DNA from: Nitrososphaeraceae archaeon
GTDB taxonomy: Archaea > Thermoproteota > Nitrososphaeria > Nitrososphaerales > Nitrososphaeraceae
Reading direction: 5' to 3'
NCBI GenBank assembly: GCA_050748485.1
Contig: JBOGPP010000106.1
Coordinates: 1,661 to 65,660 of the forward strand
DNA length: 64,000 nt
A program made the position numbers and the translations under genes. Under the pieces are notes generated by a model. It was not told where the DNA came from and did no database searches. It saw only the letters and a program-made list of their open reading frames with translations. Positions 9,723 through 21,815 of the stretch are shown here, one piece after another (position 1 is the stretch's first letter; every line of letters starts with the position of its first letter).

Positions 9723-10856
9723 ATGAATAGGAATAAAAGAGGGTTTAGTGACCCAACCCCAATAGGATACAATCTGAATCACAAAAGACCTACAGTCATT
9801 AGTATAGTAGCAATAACCAAGAATGGAATTAGAATAGCCAAGAATATAAGAAGCAATTGGCCTGATGCTGAGATTTATGTTCCCAAGAAGCACTATGAAT
9901 CATCAGATGACATTCAATGGTTCGATGAAGCCACCTCGCTAATTATAGAGAGGCTTTTTAAGACCAGCGGTGCGTTAATCTGCATTTTTTCTCTTGGAGC
10001 CGTGATCAGACTTATTGCTCCATTTATAAGTAACAAGAAATATGACCCCGCAGTTGTAGTTATTGATGATAAGGCAAACTTTGTCATTAGTGCGTTATCT
10101 GGTCACCTGGGCGGGGCGAATTCGTTAGCAACAGAGCTATCTACCTTTTTCGAAGGAAGCAAGGCCGTTATAACGACCGCTGCCGACGTCAATCAAACTA
10201 TAGCTGTGGACATTCTAGGGAGGGATCTAGGATGGACAATAGATGACTACGATACCGTTACCCCGGTAAGCGCTTGCATGGTCAATGATATGCCTATAGG
10301 ACTTTACCAAGACTCGGGAGAACGAAATTGGTTGTCAATGAAAAGCCTTCCTCGAAACGTCAGACCTTTATTAGGACTTTATGATCTGAAATCTACAGAA
10401 TTCCGTGCTGGCTTAGTGATTACAGATAGGATTCTAAGAGACAAGGAAATTTCATCTAAATCTGTAATCTATAGACCTAAGAGTCTTGTCGTAGGTATCG
10501 GGATACATTTGGACACCTCTAAGGAAACGATCGAATCGGCAATACTTCAGGTATTCAAAGAAAATTGTTTAAGTTTCAAAAGCATAAGAAATCTAGCTAC
10601 AATTGAGAATAAAGCCGAGGCGAGAGGATTGCTTGATTTTTCAAGATTATACCAAATTCCGATAGAAGCCTTCAATGATGACCAGCTTTCTAGAATACAT
10701 GTTCCTAATCCTTCGGAACTAGTGGGACGGTTTCAAGGCACGAAGAGTGTAGCTGAAGCGGCTGCGCTATTGAGCTCCAGTGGTGATCTGGTGGTCCCCA
10801 AGCTTAAATTTCCCCCTGATCTTACTCTGTCTGTTGCTAGGATGGAATTTAAATAG
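9723..10856 (+). CDS. cbiG: Cobalt-precorrin-5A hydrolase
   Basis: GAVIRLIAP, KKYDPAVVV, LSGHLGGAN, VITTA.D, LVVGIG and SVAEAAAL motifs. Confidence 0.95.
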   Translation: MNRNKRGFSDPTPIGYNLNHKRPTVISIVAITKNGIRIAKNIRSNWPDAEIYVPKKHYESSDDIQWFDEATSLIIERLFKTSGALICIFSLGAVIRLIAPFISNKKYDPAVVVIDDKANFVISALSGHLGGANSLATELSTFFEGSKAVITTAADVNQTIAVDILGRDLGWTIDDYDTVTPVSACMVNDMPIGLYQDSGERNWLSMKSLPRNVRPLLGLYDLKSTEFRAGLVITDRILRDKEISSKSVIYRPKSLVVGIGIHLDTSKETIESAILQVFKENCLSFKSIRNLATIENKAEARGLLDFSRLYQIPIEAFNDDQLSRIHVPNPSELVGRFQGTKSVAEAAALLSSSGDLVVPKLKFPPDLTLSVARMEFK

Positions 10857-11627
10857 TTGAATAAAGCGATGCTGATTGTAGATAGAGGCAGCAAAGAGCC
10901 AGAAGTCAAAGAAGAGCTAGAAGTTATTTGTTCAACCATTAGCAGGAATCATCCTGGCTTGTACAGTTATACAACGTACTGCTTTTTGGAAGTGGTTCCA
11001 CCCTATATAGAAGACGGAATTTCGAACTGCATCGCCAATGGCGCCGACTTCATCACTATCATTCCGTATTTTCTATATCCCGGTATGAAACTGAAAGATT
11101 CTGTGATGAAAGCCGCATCGATATCGAGGAGTAAGGATATTCGTGTTGCTATCGCTAAGCCACTTAGCAAGAACACAAAGATGGTCGAAGTCATATTAAA
11201 AAGAGTTCATGAAACTAAGCGAGAGAACTCCCTACAGTTGTCTGACTTTGAGTGCGACTTATTGCTTATTGGTCATGGTAGTAGTGATAGAAGGGCTAGA
11301 GAAGCGTTCGACTACATGGTTGATTTGCTTAGACCTAATTTTAGAACGGTCCGTTTCTGTTTCTTAGAGCTCGACGAACCTGATATTATGGAGGGAATAA
11401 GAGGTTCCTTGGCCGCTCTACCTAAATGTCTTTTGATAGTTCCATATTTTCTGCACAAAGGAGCTCACATTAAATATGACATAGTGCGAGAAATCGGTAC
11501 GTCGATCAGGGAACAAAATCCAGCTAACGTGTACCTCACAGAGCATTTAGGAGCTGATGGACAATTAGTTGATATAGTCTTGGATAGGGCAATGGAAGTT
11601 GAGCGAGGAATCTTACCCCAAACCTAA
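10857..11627 (+). CDS. cbiX: Sirohydrochlorin cobaltochelatase, two-domain CbiX
   Basis: Two CbiX repeats; the C-terminal one has GHGS and PYFLHKGAH...DI. Confidence 0.88.
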   Translation: MNKAMLIVDRGSKEPEVKEELEVICSTISRNHPGLYSYTTYCFLEVVPPYIEDGISNCIANGADFITIIPYFLYPGMKLKDSVMKAASISRSKDIRVAIAKPLSKNTKMVEVILKRVHETKRENSLQLSDFECDLLLIGHGSSDRRAREAFDYMVDLLRPNFRTVRFCFLELDEPDIMEGIRGSLAALPKCLLIVPYFLHKGAHIKYDIVREIGTSIREQNPANVYLTEHLGADGQLVDIVLDRAMEVERGILPQT

Positions 11628-11658
11628 TTACTACAACGCAGATCATGGTCTGCGCAAG

Positions 11659-12297
11659 ATGTCGACGAAAGCATTTGAGATCGAGAATGAGAGTTTCGCC
11701 ATAATAGATAGCGAAGTGGGAGTACATACCTATGATGAACTTGAATGGGCAATCGTGAGAAGGGTAATTCATGCAACGGCTGATTTTGATTTTGCAGGGA
11801 AAGAAAAAATCACATTTCATGGAGACGTATTCGCATCAGCTTTCAAAGCGATTGAGCATGAATGCCACATTATCTCTGATGTAGAAATGGTACTTTCAGG
11901 TATAAACAAGCAATTGACCAAGGAATTAAATCTGAAAACCTTGTGTAGGATTTCGGATATTTCCGTCATTAAATACTCTCGTGACAATAACCTGACCCGA
12001 TCTCAAGTGGCAATGGATTTTTCAGCAGCGCAGATTCAAAACGGCATAGTGGTTATAGGTAATGCTCCTACAGCACTTTTTCAACTAATATCCCTGATTA
12101 GGGAAAACAGAGTAAAGCCTGCTCTCGTAATAGGAATTCCTGTAGGTTTCATCTCTGCCCTCGAATCAAAGAGAGAATTATTGCGCACCCCCATTCCATC
12201 CATTACTAATATCGGGCGCAAAGGGGGTAGCGCAGCTGCCTCTTCAATAATCAATGCGCTAATGTTAATTCATAAGAGCAGGGTACGTCAAAGTTAG
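11659..12297 (+). CDS. cbiC: Cobalt-precorrin-8 methylmutase (ORF track starts at 11599; ATG 11659 more likely)
   Basis: RRVIHATADFD, IGNAPTAL, GIPVGF and GRKGGS motifs of CbiC/CobH. Confidence 0.95.
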   Translation: MSTKAFEIENESFAIIDSEVGVHTYDELEWAIVRRVIHATADFDFAGKEKITFHGDVFASAFKAIEHECHIISDVEMVLSGINKQLTKELNLKTLCRISDISVIKYSRDNNLTRSQVAMDFSAAQIQNGIVVIGNAPTALFQLISLIRENRVKPALVIGIPVGFISALESKRELLRTPIPSITNIGRKGGSAAASSIINALMLIHKSRVRQS

Positions 12298-12473
12298 TTG
12301 AACATTCTAACGATCTGAGGAATTTTTAATTGATTAAGTTAGGCGATCGTTCTCTCTCTTGCCTGGATTGAAAGTGACGATCCTATTATTATTGTCTATA
12401 TTTTGGGTTTCAAACGATGTAGATATCAAGTCGATCGTATCCATAATATACTTGTTTCAACAACCATAAATCG

Positions 12474-12926
12474 ATGTTAACGCTGGAATCACTCGAGAAG
12501 ATAATGACCAACAAGTTGGAGGTAATCCGTGAACATGAAACGGCTCAGGAAGCTGCTAAGAAAATGAAGCATAAAGATATAGGTTCATTGTTAGTCGTTG
12601 ACGAATCAGATGAGCACGTTGGCATAGTAACCGAAAAAGACCTTGTTTCAAAAGTCTGCCTTCAGAACAAAAGGAGTAATGAGGTATTAGTAAGTGACAT
12701 AATGTCTACCCCCTTGGTGTACATTGACAATAAAGCAACCCTCGAGGAAGCAGCTAGGAAGATGGTTGATAACAAAATACAGCATCTGTTGATAAAGAGT
12801 ACAGGTACACTGGTTGGCATACTCACCACAAGCGATCTCAGTACCTATCTAAGGCAAAACATGGACTTGGACGAAGTTAATGCTGCTATCATTGAATCAT
12901 TGATGGAACAACAAAAGACAAAATGA
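12474..12926 (+). CDS. CBS-domain pair protein
   Basis: Two CBS repeats (IGSLLVVD...GIVTEKDL; IMSTP...GILTTSDL). Confidence 0.9.
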   Translation: MLTLESLEKIMTNKLEVIREHETAQEAAKKMKHKDIGSLLVVDESDEHVGIVTEKDLVSKVCLQNKRSNEVLVSDIMSTPLVYIDNKATLEEAARKMVDNKIQHLLIKSTGTLVGILTTSDLSTYLRQNMDLDEVNAAIIESLMEQQKTK

Positions 12927-13035
12927 GTCTAAGAGTTGGTCGGAAAATATCTATGCCCAAGATTCGGGAACACGCTATTGAGGTTACTCCGTCTCTTAAG
13001 AAATGATTTACCATTGAAAAGGAGACATCTTACTC

Positions 13036-13473
13036 TTGAAAGAGATAATTACAACCATAGAAATTAGATCAAACCCCGAGAAGATTTGGAAAGTATTAAC
13101 TGATTTTCAACTTTATAAATATTGGAACCCATTCATAATTGGGATTACTGGGTCTCCTACGAAGGGAGAGAAGATCAAAATAGAATTAAGGACTGCAGCT
13201 CAGAAGACTCGTGTTTATCGCCCAGTTATAACAAAGGTGGTTCCCCCAACAGAATTGAGATGGCATGGGAAAGCTCTTCTCCCTTTAATATTAAATGGAG
13301 AGCATATATTTACGATCCAAGAAAATGAGGGTCATGACTCAACCTTTACTCAAAAAGAGATATTCAGAGGTTTAGGAACTTATTTGGGGAATGCCAGAAT
13401 GTTCAATGATATACGGAAAAGCTTTCAAATGATGAATTCTAGTTTAAAAATAAGGGCAGAGGGTTATGAATAG
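13036..13473 (+). CDS. SRPBCC/START-like (polyketide cyclase) domain protein
   Basis: IEI.S.PEKIWKVLTDF..YKYWNPFI...ELRW.G...GEH.F pattern. Confidence 0.85.
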   Translation: MKEIITTIEIRSNPEKIWKVLTDFQLYKYWNPFIIGITGSPTKGEKIKIELRTAAQKTRVYRPVITKVVPPTELRWHGKALLPLILNGEHIFTIQENEGHDSTFTQKEIFRGLGTYLGNARMFNDIRKSFQMMNSSLKIRAEGYE

Positions 13474-13521
13474 ATTTTTCATTTGGAGTTGATGACTAGG
13501 TAATGGACTTGTGTTGGACCA

Positions 13522-13554
13522 AGCTACTCCATACACAAAGTGATGGAGCTGGCT
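13522..13554. terminator. About 14-bp hairpin between convergent SRPBCC and cbiA genes
   Basis: AGCTA-CTCCAT-A-CAC-AAA-GTG-ATGGAG-C-TGGCT can fold on itself. Function is inferred from position only. Confidence 0.3.
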
Positions 13555-13800
13555 ACATGTATATCTTACATCCGTACTCGGATCAAAGGTATTGAAGCAG
13601 AGGCCAGATATCAGAGGTTCGTCAGCTTAACAGTAAGTTACAAGTGGGAGAGTAATTTTATCCTTCATTGTATTTTCCTCCTAGGCACATTGCCTCTGTG
13701 GTTAATAGAGAATTACAAGTCAAAAATGTACTTAACTGATTCCGGTACAGGAGTATTACGGATTATCAAAACCTCTACAAATAATTACAATCAACGAAGC

Positions 13801-15195
13801 TTACTTTCTTTTATAGCGAATGCACCTGTCTACAATTCTTCCAAGTATTCTAGTGTCCGCAAAATGTAAGTGCATGTAGGATGCAACACATGCGTTATAC
13901 GTTAAACCATCGAACTCCCCATTTATCCCACGACCTCTTTGCATGCTAAATGAGAATTGAGAATCTGAAGCGATGTTTACTAATTCAGAGTAGTGAAATT
14001 CGTGGCCGTGAACCTGAGAGATATTACCCATTATTTCACCCTTGCCTTTGGCCTCCGTGTACCCAATTGTAACTCGGTTGGTCATAGATGTTTCTGTATC
14101 GAATATACCGACCATCGAATATCTTCTATGCTTCTTTCTTCTATTGTCATTTATTACTTTAGTGAGGTACATTAGACCTCCACATTCCGCCATCGTAGGC
14201 ATTCCATTGACAATCGATTTATATACTGACTTTTTCATTGAGTTGTTCATTTCTAGTCGTTGTGCCAATATTTCAGGAAAACCACCACCTATCAAGAGTC
14301 CGTCAACATCCCTCGGTACTGACTTTTCTTTGATAGGGCTGAAAAAAACTAGAGAAACACCATTTTTCCTAAGTGAATTTAGATTATCGTAGTAATAAAA
14401 ATTAAATGACTCATCAAATGCGACAGCAATTTTACATATGGGTTTACTTTCATTCTTAGGTAGCAGTTGAGATCCTTTTTGATTTTTTTTGCTACCTTTG
14501 AGTGACAGTATGTTGTCAAGGTTAATCTGATCAGCAACATATTTCGCACAATTCAGAATAATATTTTTACCTATACCTTTAAATTCAATAGGGGGGATAA
14601 GCCCCAAATACCTTTCGACAGATCTGATCTCCTCATTTCGGTAGATGATCCCCAGAAGTTTTTTCTTTACTTGAATATTCAATGCATCATGTATCATGTT
14701 TGAATGTTTTTGGCTGCCAACATTGTTTATGATAATCCCGGCCACGTTCAGGCAAGGATCAAATTTTGTATATCCAAGAATCATAGCAGCTACAGAGTGG
14801 GAAGTTTTGGCTGCATCTACAACTAATATAATGGGTGCATCGAGCATCTTGGAGATATGAGCAGTACTTCCGAAATTCCTCTTTCCAGAAATTCCGTCAA
14901 ATAGGCCCATTACTCCCTCTATTACTGAGACATCCGCATCCCGAGAGTTTCTTTCAAAACACTCCAGTACTCCTTTTTTTCCCATTAGCCAGAGATCGAG
15001 GTTCCTTGACTGACGACCAGTAACGAACGTATGGTAACAAGGATCAATAAAGTCTGGACCAATCTTATACGGTTGTACCTTAAATCCGCATTCCACAAGC
15101 TTACGCATAATTCCCATTGATACCGTTGTCTTTCCTACCCCACTAGTTGTTCCAGAAATGACAATCGCTGGCTTTTGCAATAAGTAGCTGCTCAC
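13801..15195 (-). CDS. cbiA: Cobyrinate a,c-diamide synthase
   Basis: SGVGKT P-loop, KIGPDFIDP, IEGVMGLFDG, and a GATase domain with GGGFPE, AECGG and GHEFHYS. Confidence 0.96.
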   Translation of the reverse strand: MSSYLLQKPAIVISGTTSGVGKTTVSMGIMRKLVECGFKVQPYKIGPDFIDPCYHTFVTGRQSRNLDLWLMGKKGVLECFERNSRDADVSVIEGVMGLFDGISGKRNFGSTAHISKMLDAPIILVVDAAKTSHSVAAMILGYTKFDPCLNVAGIIINNVGSQKHSNMIHDALNIQVKKKLLGIIYRNEEIRSVERYLGLIPPIEFKGIGKNIILNCAKYVADQINLDNILSLKGSKKNQKGSQLLPKNESKPICKIAVAFDESFNFYYYDNLNSLRKNGVSLVFFSPIKEKSVPRDVDGLLIGGGFPEILAQRLEMNNSMKKSVYKSIVNGMPTMAECGGLMYLTKVINDNRRKKHRRYSMVGIFDTETSMTNRVTIGYTEAKGKGEIMGNISQVHGHEFHYSELVNIASDSQFSFSMQRGRGINGEFDGLTYNACVASYMHLHFADTRILGRIVDRCIRYKRK

Positions 15196-15264
15196 CTCAC
15201 AACCCAGTTTTCATAGAAATGCGGGCTCAAGTTGATAAACGTCCGACCGAAATATTGTTCGTTG

Positions 15265-16914
15265 TCATAGATTCCTAATTGTGCTTTTGCGAATTGTGAT
15301 GTTATATTTAAGGCCGAACCTATGAGATTCATCCCTTACATATCGAAGTAGCTTTAGCCCTTCATCATTGGCAGGCAGAATGAGAGGGTATTTCCTATCA
15401 GTTGTATAGATTTCTTCGTTGCCTTTGGCAAGAGAAAGACATGGAATATCCAAGTCAAGAGATCTCAAAGTCCTGACCGCACAGTTCAGGTGCCCCTTGC
15501 CTCCATCTATAAGTATTAAATCAGGAAGTGACAAACCCTTGCTTACATTCTCCATAGATTCTGGCCGATATCTTCTCCTAACTATCTCTTCTATCATAGC
15601 AAAATCATTCTGTATTCTCTTATTTTGTATTCTGAATCTCCGATATCCGGATTTCGAACTTTCGCCATTTACAAACCGTACACATGCGCCCACTGCTATA
15701 CTTGTTCCTAAATTTGATACATCAAAACAGTCGATGATATATGGTATAAAATTCAGTTGTAGTTTATTCCTAAGATTTAGAAGCGAAGGATGATATTCCT
15801 GTTCGACATAGAGCAATAAATTTGTCTCAATTAGATCAATAATTTTATTTCTGTCGCTATAATGAGTTCCCTTTTGAACTGGTAGGATCGTTACTTTGTG
15901 CCCGGCGATAGACTCTAAGTACCCTTCAAGTGCATTGGCCTCTTGAATCTCTTCATTTGTATATATATATCTTGGAACCATAGTATCAGAACTATAGTAT
16001 TGTGATATGAAAGTAGATAAGGAGTTATCCCCTACGAGATCGAAACTAGCGTGATTCCTGTCCATAATTACCCCTTTTCTACGCTTCAATGTAAGTACAT
16101 GTGCAACTCCCATATCTTCGTTCTTTATGATACCAAAGAATTCTTCATCTGAATCCCGATTTGAATTAATTTCTATTTTTTGTTTCACAGTTATATTCTC
16201 GAGTCTTTGTATAGTATCACGGAGGTCCTTTGCTTGTTCATATTTGTGATTTCTTGATGCTTCAGTCATGTCTCCTTTCAATCTACCTTTTAGTTCTTCC
16301 ATATTGTTCCTTCTTGTAAGCACTTTATGCAACATCGTCACTTTGTCCATGTATTGTTCCCGGGTAACATTACCAATGCACGGAGCATCACAATTCTTGA
16401 TAAAAAACTCTAGGCAAGGTTTTTTAGGCAACTTTTTACAAATCCTTACCTTAAACAACCTTCTTAACGATCCTGTGGACAATATCTTCGAGCTCCCATA
16501 AACAAACGGGCCATAGACCTTTCCCTTAGGACCAAAAAAATCCCCGTTCCTGTTCCTTCGCGCAACAAGCAGGCGAGGGAATTCCTCTTGTGTTATTTTC
16601 AGATAGGTATATTTCTGCTGATACTTCAGCTCAATATTAAATATTGGTCTGTACTGTTTTATCAAACTTGATTCGAGAAGAAATGCTTCAGTTTCGTTGA
16701 GTGTGACAACGAAATCAATGTCCGCAACTCTTGATAGTAACCGTGCAGTCTTGATTGCGTGGTAACCCTCATCAATCTTGTTCACAACGTAACTTTTTAG
16801 TCTTTTTTTTAGATTTTTTGCTTTGCCAATATATATCACTCGACCAGTTTGATCTTTCATGAAATAGACACCTGGGCCGTCGGGAACGTGAACAATTTTT
16901 TGTTCTAAGCTCAT
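15265..16914 (-). CDS. uvrC: Excinuclease ABC subunit C (no C-terminal HhH domain)
   Basis: GIY-YIG domain (PGVY...IYIGKAKNLKKRL), Cys cluster, UVR helix, RNase H-like domain (DCFDVSN, IDGGKG, RDESHRF). Confidence 0.95.
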   Translation of the reverse strand: MSLEQKIVHVPDGPGVYFMKDQTGRVIYIGKAKNLKKRLKSYVVNKIDEGYHAIKTARLLSRVADIDFVVTLNETEAFLLESSLIKQYRPIFNIELKYQQKYTYLKITQEEFPRLLVARRNRNGDFFGPKGKVYGPFVYGSSKILSTGSLRRLFKVRICKKLPKKPCLEFFIKNCDAPCIGNVTREQYMDKVTMLHKVLTRRNNMEELKGRLKGDMTEASRNHKYEQAKDLRDTIQRLENITVKQKIEINSNRDSDEEFFGIIKNEDMGVAHVLTLKRRKGVIMDRNHASFDLVGDNSLSTFISQYYSSDTMVPRYIYTNEEIQEANALEGYLESIAGHKVTILPVQKGTHYSDRNKIIDLIETNLLLYVEQEYHPSLLNLRNKLQLNFIPYIIDCFDVSNLGTSIAVGACVRFVNGESSKSGYRRFRIQNKRIQNDFAMIEEIVRRRYRPESMENVSKGLSLPDLILIDGGKGHLNCAVRTLRSLDLDIPCLSLAKGNEEIYTTDRKYPLILPANDEGLKLLRYVRDESHRFGLKYNITIRKSTIRNL

Positions 16915-19820
16915 TTCCTTGGATCCTGTTCTCTTATTATTGTATTGAGTACCTGGTTCGGGAACAACTTTGATTTGAGGTACCTGCCTGTATGACTATT
17001 ATCGCTTCGTGAGATTTCTTCTGGTGTTCCGCACGCAACTATCCTTCCTCCCAATTGCCCTCCTTCCGGTCCAAGATCTATTATCCAATCAGCGGAAACA
17101 ATTACATCTAAATTATGCTCTATAATAATCACAGTGTTACCAAGGTCAACTAATTTTTGCAGGACATAAAGCAGTTTGCTAACGTCTGCGAAATGAAGCC
17201 CCGTAGTAGGCTCATCAAGTATATACACGGTATTTCCTGTGTCTTTTTTCGATAGTTCAGATGCAAGTTTTATCCTTTGGGACTCCCCACCTGAAAGCGT
17301 TGTCGCCGGTTGACCTAGACGCAAGTAACCTAGCCCAACGTTATTAAGGAAGGCTAATTTTCTGAATATGCTTGGAATATTCGTAAAGAATTCGAGCGCT
17401 TCATCCACAGTCATGGCCAAGATATCTGCGACTGTCTTCTTTTTGAAGGTAATGCCTAGCGTTTCTGAATTGTATCTTTTACCCTTGCAGGTATCGCACG
17501 TAATATATACGTCTGCAAGGAACTGCATCTCAATCCGCTTTACTCCTACACCTTCACATTCTTCGCACCTGCCATCGGGAACATTAAATGAAAATCTCCC
17601 AGGCTTGAATCCTTTTTCCTTCGCCATCGTGGTCTTTGAAAATAGTTCTCTTATCGGAGTGAATGCATTTACGTACGTTGCAGCATTCGATCTCGGCGTT
17701 CGACCAATTGGAGATTGATCGATCCCTATAACCTTGTCTACCATTTCTAATCCAGTAATTCCTTTATGTTTTCCGGTCTGTTCTCGCGAATTATAGAAAT
17801 GACTAGATAATCCCCTGAATAGTATGTCATTGACTAGAGTAGACTTTCCTGAACCAGACACACCAGTAACCACAGTCAGGCAACCTAATGGGAAGGAGAC
17901 ATCAATACTCTTCAAGTTATTCTCTTCCGCTCGATGGACAGTGATGAATTTATTAGCACTCTTTCTCATATCTTTTGGTTTTGTGACATGCAATGAGCCA
18001 GTCAGATATTGGCCAGTAACTGAATCAATCGACCTAGAAACGTCTTCTACAGTCCCGCTTGCTACTACCTTGCCTCCATGGTTGCCAGCTCCCGGTCCCA
18101 GATCTAGTACCCAATCAGAACTCCGTATCACTTCCTCATCATGTTCGACTATGATAAGCGAATTCCCTAGCTCCCTAAGTTTTTTTAGGGTTGCAATGAG
18201 CTTTGCGTTGTCCCTCTGATGTAATCCAATGGTTGGTTCATCGAGGACATAGAGCACCCCAGATAGATTCGAACCAATTTGAGTAGCCAATCTGATTCGC
18301 TGTGATTCACCTCCTGACAATGTAGACACCGTACGATTTAGCTGTAGATAGTCTAAGCCCACATCCAATAGAAATTGTAGGCGAGATTTTACTTCTTTTA
18401 GTATGGCTCTTGAAATGATCAGATCATTTGTCGATAGTGTAATTTGTTTAAAAAATTCTAAGCAATCTCCTATTGAAAAATTGCACACGTCCATTATAGA
18501 TCTCCCATTAATCTTTACTGAGAGAGCTTCCTTTCTAAGCCTGTTCCCCCTGCAAGACTCACATAAATGTTCACGCATATACTTAGCTATCTCTTCTCGC
18601 TTTGAATCGGATTCTGTTTGATTAAAGAGCCTTTCCAGATTGGGAATAACGCCTTCAAAATTTCCAACATATTCCCACTTACTATCTGAATTTCTCGACT
18701 TGAAGCTATACCGAATACGTCTGTCGGTTCCATAAAGGATTACTCTAAGTTGATCTTCAGTGAATTTGGAGATAGGTACATTCAAATTGAAGCCGAAATG
18801 TTTACCAACATCTCTGAGTTTAGATGACCTGAAAGAAGCAAAGCGCCCCAACCATGGCTTGATGGCCCCTTCCAATATGCTTTTCGACTTGTCTGGAATT
18901 ATCAAATCAGAGTCGAATTTCAGTTTGAAGCCTAATCCATTACAAGCTTTGCAAGCTCCAAATGGTGAATTAAATGAAAAGGAGCGAGGTTCCAGCTCCC
19001 CCATACTCAATCCGCAATTAGGGCAGGCATTTTGTTGAGAATAGAGGTACATTTCGTTATCTACCAGTATAGCAGCCAATCCGTTGCCTAACCGCAATGC
19101 CAATTGGACTGACTCAATTAATCGAGCCTGTTCTTCATTAGAAATTTCGAGCCTGTCTACAACTACCTCGATAGAGTGCTTCTTTTGTTTATCCAGAACA
19201 GGCAGATTTGGATCCCTTTCAACATCACCACCTACTTGATTGCTTCTGGCATAATTATCTAAATTCGTCATTTCGCCATCAATTCTAACCCTCGGAAATC
19301 CATCTTTTTTTAAGCCTTCCAGTAATTTTTTAAAGGATCCCTTCTTCGCTTGGACTACTGGGGCAAGCAAAAGACCCTTTCTTGCTTCAAATGCTGCAAG
19401 TATCGAATCACTAATTGCATCTGTGGATTGTCTACTGATTCTTCGTTCACAATTGGGACAGAATGGAATTCCAATTCGAGCATAGAGCAAACGTAGATAG
19501 TCATAAATCTCTGTAACAGTGCCCACAGTAGAACGCGGATTCTTATTTGTGGTTTTCTGCTGAATCGAAATGGCCGGAGAAAGTCCATCGATTGAATCAA
19601 TGTCTGGTTTGTCCATTAGTTCCAAAAACTGTCTGGCATAAGCAGACAAAGACTCTACGTATCTGCGTTGTCCCTCTGCATAGATCGTATCAAATGCAAG
19701 AGTAGACTTACCTGAGCCTGACAGGCCAGTAAAAACTACCAATTTGTTCCTTGGTATAGTAACACTTATGTTCTTCAGGTTATGCTCACGCGCTCCCTTT
19801 ATGATAATGTTATCTAGCAT
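16911..19820 (-). CDS. uvrA: Excinuclease ABC subunit A
   Basis: Two ABC ATPase modules ([21 protein letters not shown]), zinc-finger CxxC motifs, ATGA overlap with uvrC. Confidence 0.98.
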   Translation of the reverse strand: MLDNIIIKGAREHNLKNISVTIPRNKLVVFTGLSGSGKSTLAFDTIYAEGQRRYVESLSAYARQFLELMDKPDIDSIDGLSPAISIQQKTTNKNPRSTVGTVTEIYDYLRLLYARIGIPFCPNCERRISRQSTDAISDSILAAFEARKGLLLAPVVQAKKGSFKKLLEGLKKDGFPRVRIDGEMTNLDNYARSNQVGGDVERDPNLPVLDKQKKHSIEVVVDRLEISNEEQARLIESVQLALRLGNGLAAILVDNEMYLYSQQNACPNCGLSMGELEPRSFSFNSPFGACKACNGLGFKLKFDSDLIIPDKSKSILEGAIKPWLGRFASFRSSKLRDVGKHFGFNLNVPISKFTEDQLRVILYGTDRRIRYSFKSRNSDSKWEYVGNFEGVIPNLERLFNQTESDSKREEIAKYMREHLCESCRGNRLRKEALSVKINGRSIMDVCNFSIGDCLEFFKQITLSTNDLIISRAILKEVKSRLQFLLDVGLDYLQLNRTVSTLSGGESQRIRLATQIGSNLSGVLYVLDEPTIGLHQRDNAKLIATLKKLRELGNSLIIVEHDEEVIRSSDWVLDLGPGAGNHGGKVVASGTVEDVSRSIDSVTGQYLTGSLHVTKPKDMRKSANKFITVHRAEENNLKSIDVSFPLGCLTVVTGVSGSGKSTLVNDILFRGLSSHFYNSREQTGKHKGITGLEMVDKVIGIDQSPIGRTPRSNAATYVNAFTPIRELFSKTTMAKEKGFKPGRFSFNVPDGRCEECEGVGVKRIEMQFLADVYITCDTCKGKRYNSETLGITFKKKTVADILAMTVDEALEFFTNIPSIFRKLAFLNNVGLGYLRLGQPATTLSGGESQRIKLASELSKKDTGNTVYILDEPTTGLHFADVSKLLYVLQKLVDLGNTVIIIEHNLDVIVSADWIIDLGPEGGQLGGRIVACGTPEEISRSDNSHTGRYLKSKLFPNQVLNTIIREQDPRK

Positions 19821-19829
19821 CGACTATCC

Positions 19830-21812
19830 CTAAGTCCATGAAGTTACAGGTTCTCCTAATGCTTTTTTTATTTTGTACAATTTGCTTCTCAAATCAATTG
19901 CACGTTCAAAATTGAGATCCTCTGCACTCTGTATCATTTGAGCTTCTGTATTGAGCGCAAGTTTACCAAGATCTGATTTACTCATTGATTTAATATTCAC
20001 ATCTATGGAATCATTCTCAGAGCTTGATATGGGTTTCACAATGGACTTGGGGATGATGTTATTTTTAATGTTATATTCAACTTGCTTCTCGCGCCGCCGA
20101 TCGCTCTCACCAATGGCTCTTTTCATTGAATCAGTGACTTTATCAGCGTAGAGTATGACTCTTCCATCAATATTTCTAGCAGCTCTTCCAAAGGTCTGCA
20201 CAAGGCTCGTAGAGTTTCTTAGAAATCCTTCCTTATCAGCGTCTAAGATTGCGACTAATGATACTTCAGGAAGATCGAGACCTTCCCTGAGTAGATTTAC
20301 GCCTACTAGCACATCGAATTCTCCGATTCTCAGTTGACGAAGGAGCTCGGTTCTATCCAAACCTTTTATTTCCGAATGAATATACCTAACTCTAATGTTC
20401 TTTTTAGTTAAGAAATCGGCAAGGTCTTCTGACATCCTCTTTGTCAAAGTTGTAACAAGGGTCCTCTGATTTCGCTTTTTCTGTCTCCGAACCTCTTGGA
20501 TTAGGTCTTGTATTTGATTTCGTGCCTCTCGCACCTCTACTACAGGATCAACTAGGCCTGTTGGCCTTACTAATTGTTCGACAATTTGCCAACTTCGTTC
20601 CAATTCATAATCGGCTGGGGTAGCTGAAATGAAGATTACTTTTTTCATGTACTCTTCAAACTCTTTGAATTTCAAAGGTCGATTATCTGCTGCACTTGGG
20701 AGTCGAAATCCATAATCGATAAGTGTTTTCTTTCTACCAAAATCGCCGTTAAACATAGCATGTAACTGAGGTATGGTAACATGAGATTCATCTATAACCA
20801 GAATAAAATCTTCACCAAAGAAATCCAGAAGACAATAGGGAGGATCACCAGGATTTCTTCCATCAAAGTGTCTGGAGTAATTTTCTATCCCTTGACAATA
20901 ACCTAACTCTTGTATCATTTCTGTATCATAATTAGTTCTGGAAGTAAGCCTCTGTCTTTCAAGTTCAGATGGCAGATTTGGTAACCATTCTCCAAGTTCT
21001 TGACGGATTGATGCAATAGCTGATTGCCTTCTGTCGTCACCGACAACATAATGCTTTGCTGGAAATATTTTCACTCTTTGAATCTCCCTTATCTTTTCCA
21101 TGGTAATAGGATCGTGCAAAGTCATCATTTCGATATCTTGTCCAAAAAGTGCTATCCTTAAAAGATCCTCGGAGTAGGCAGGGATAATGTCGATCGTATC
21201 CCCCCTGACTCTAAACCCTCCGGCCTTCAACGAAAGATCGTTTCTTTCATAGCGAGCCTCTACAAGCCTACTAATAATAGACTTTCTGTCTACCCTAGAA
21301 TTTTTGTCAAGTAGAATCGAATTCTGGTCCCATTCAACCGGAGATCCTAAAGAGTATATACATGAAACGGTAGCAACTATGATAGTAGGCTCTCCTGACA
21401 TTAACATTGCTGTTGCCTCTAATCTCATCTTCTCTATTCTTTCGTTTATCTCAGTATCCTTTTCAATGTATGTATCAGTCTGTGGTAGGTAACTCTCTGG
21501 TTGATAGTAATCATAAAAGCTTACAAAATAACCAACATTATTTTGAGGGAAAAATTCCCTTAATTCGGTATACAGTTGAGCTGCTAATGTCTTATTATGG
21601 GATATTATGAGAGTGTTCTTATTAACGGCTGCTATCACATTTGCGATTGTAAACGTTTTTCCACTACCAGTAACCCCAAGTAGAGTTTGGCAACCACTCC
21701 TCTCCAAGGCTCCGTAAGATAGTTTGGATATTGCGATTGGCTGATCCCCACTGGGAGGAAAACTATTCGGTGATAGCATGAACTTACCAGACATAGTTTT
21801 GCTCCGGGACAA
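19830..21812 (-). CDS. uvrB: Excinuclease ABC subunit B
   Basis: GVTGSGKT, beta-hairpin [28 protein letters not shown]-terminal UVR domain. Confidence 0.98.
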   Translation of the reverse strand: MSRSKTMSGKFMLSPNSFPPSGDQPIAISKLSYGALERSGCQTLLGVTGSGKTFTIANVIAAVNKNTLIISHNKTLAAQLYTELREFFPQNNVGYFVSFYDYYQPESYLPQTDTYIEKDTEINERIEKMRLEATAMLMSGEPTIIVATVSCIYSLGSPVEWDQNSILLDKNSRVDRKSIISRLVEARYERNDLSLKAGGFRVRGDTIDIIPAYSEDLLRIALFGQDIEMMTLHDPITMEKIREIQRVKIFPAKHYVVGDDRRQSAIASIRQELGEWLPNLPSELERQRLTSRTNYDTEMIQELGYCQGIENYSRHFDGRNPGDPPYCLLDFFGEDFILVIDESHVTIPQLHAMFNGDFGRKKTLIDYGFRLPSAADNRPLKFKEFEEYMKKVIFISATPADYELERSWQIVEQLVRPTGLVDPVVEVREARNQIQDLIQEVRRQKKRNQRTLVTTLTKRMSEDLADFLTKKNIRVRYIHSEIKGLDRTELLRQLRIGEFDVLVGVNLLREGLDLPEVSLVAILDADKEGFLRNSTSLVQTFGRAARNIDGRVILYADKVTDSMKRAIGESDRRREKQVEYNIKNNIIPKSIVKPISSSENDSIDVNIKSMSKSDLGKLALNTEAQMIQSAEDLNFERAIDLRSKLYKIKKALGEPVTSWT

Positions 21813-21815
21813 TTC

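Noticed and set aside
13540-13869. 109-aa plus-strand ORF between SRPBCC and cbiA
   Set aside because: GTG start without a clear promoter, overlaps the cbiA 3' end, no motifs.
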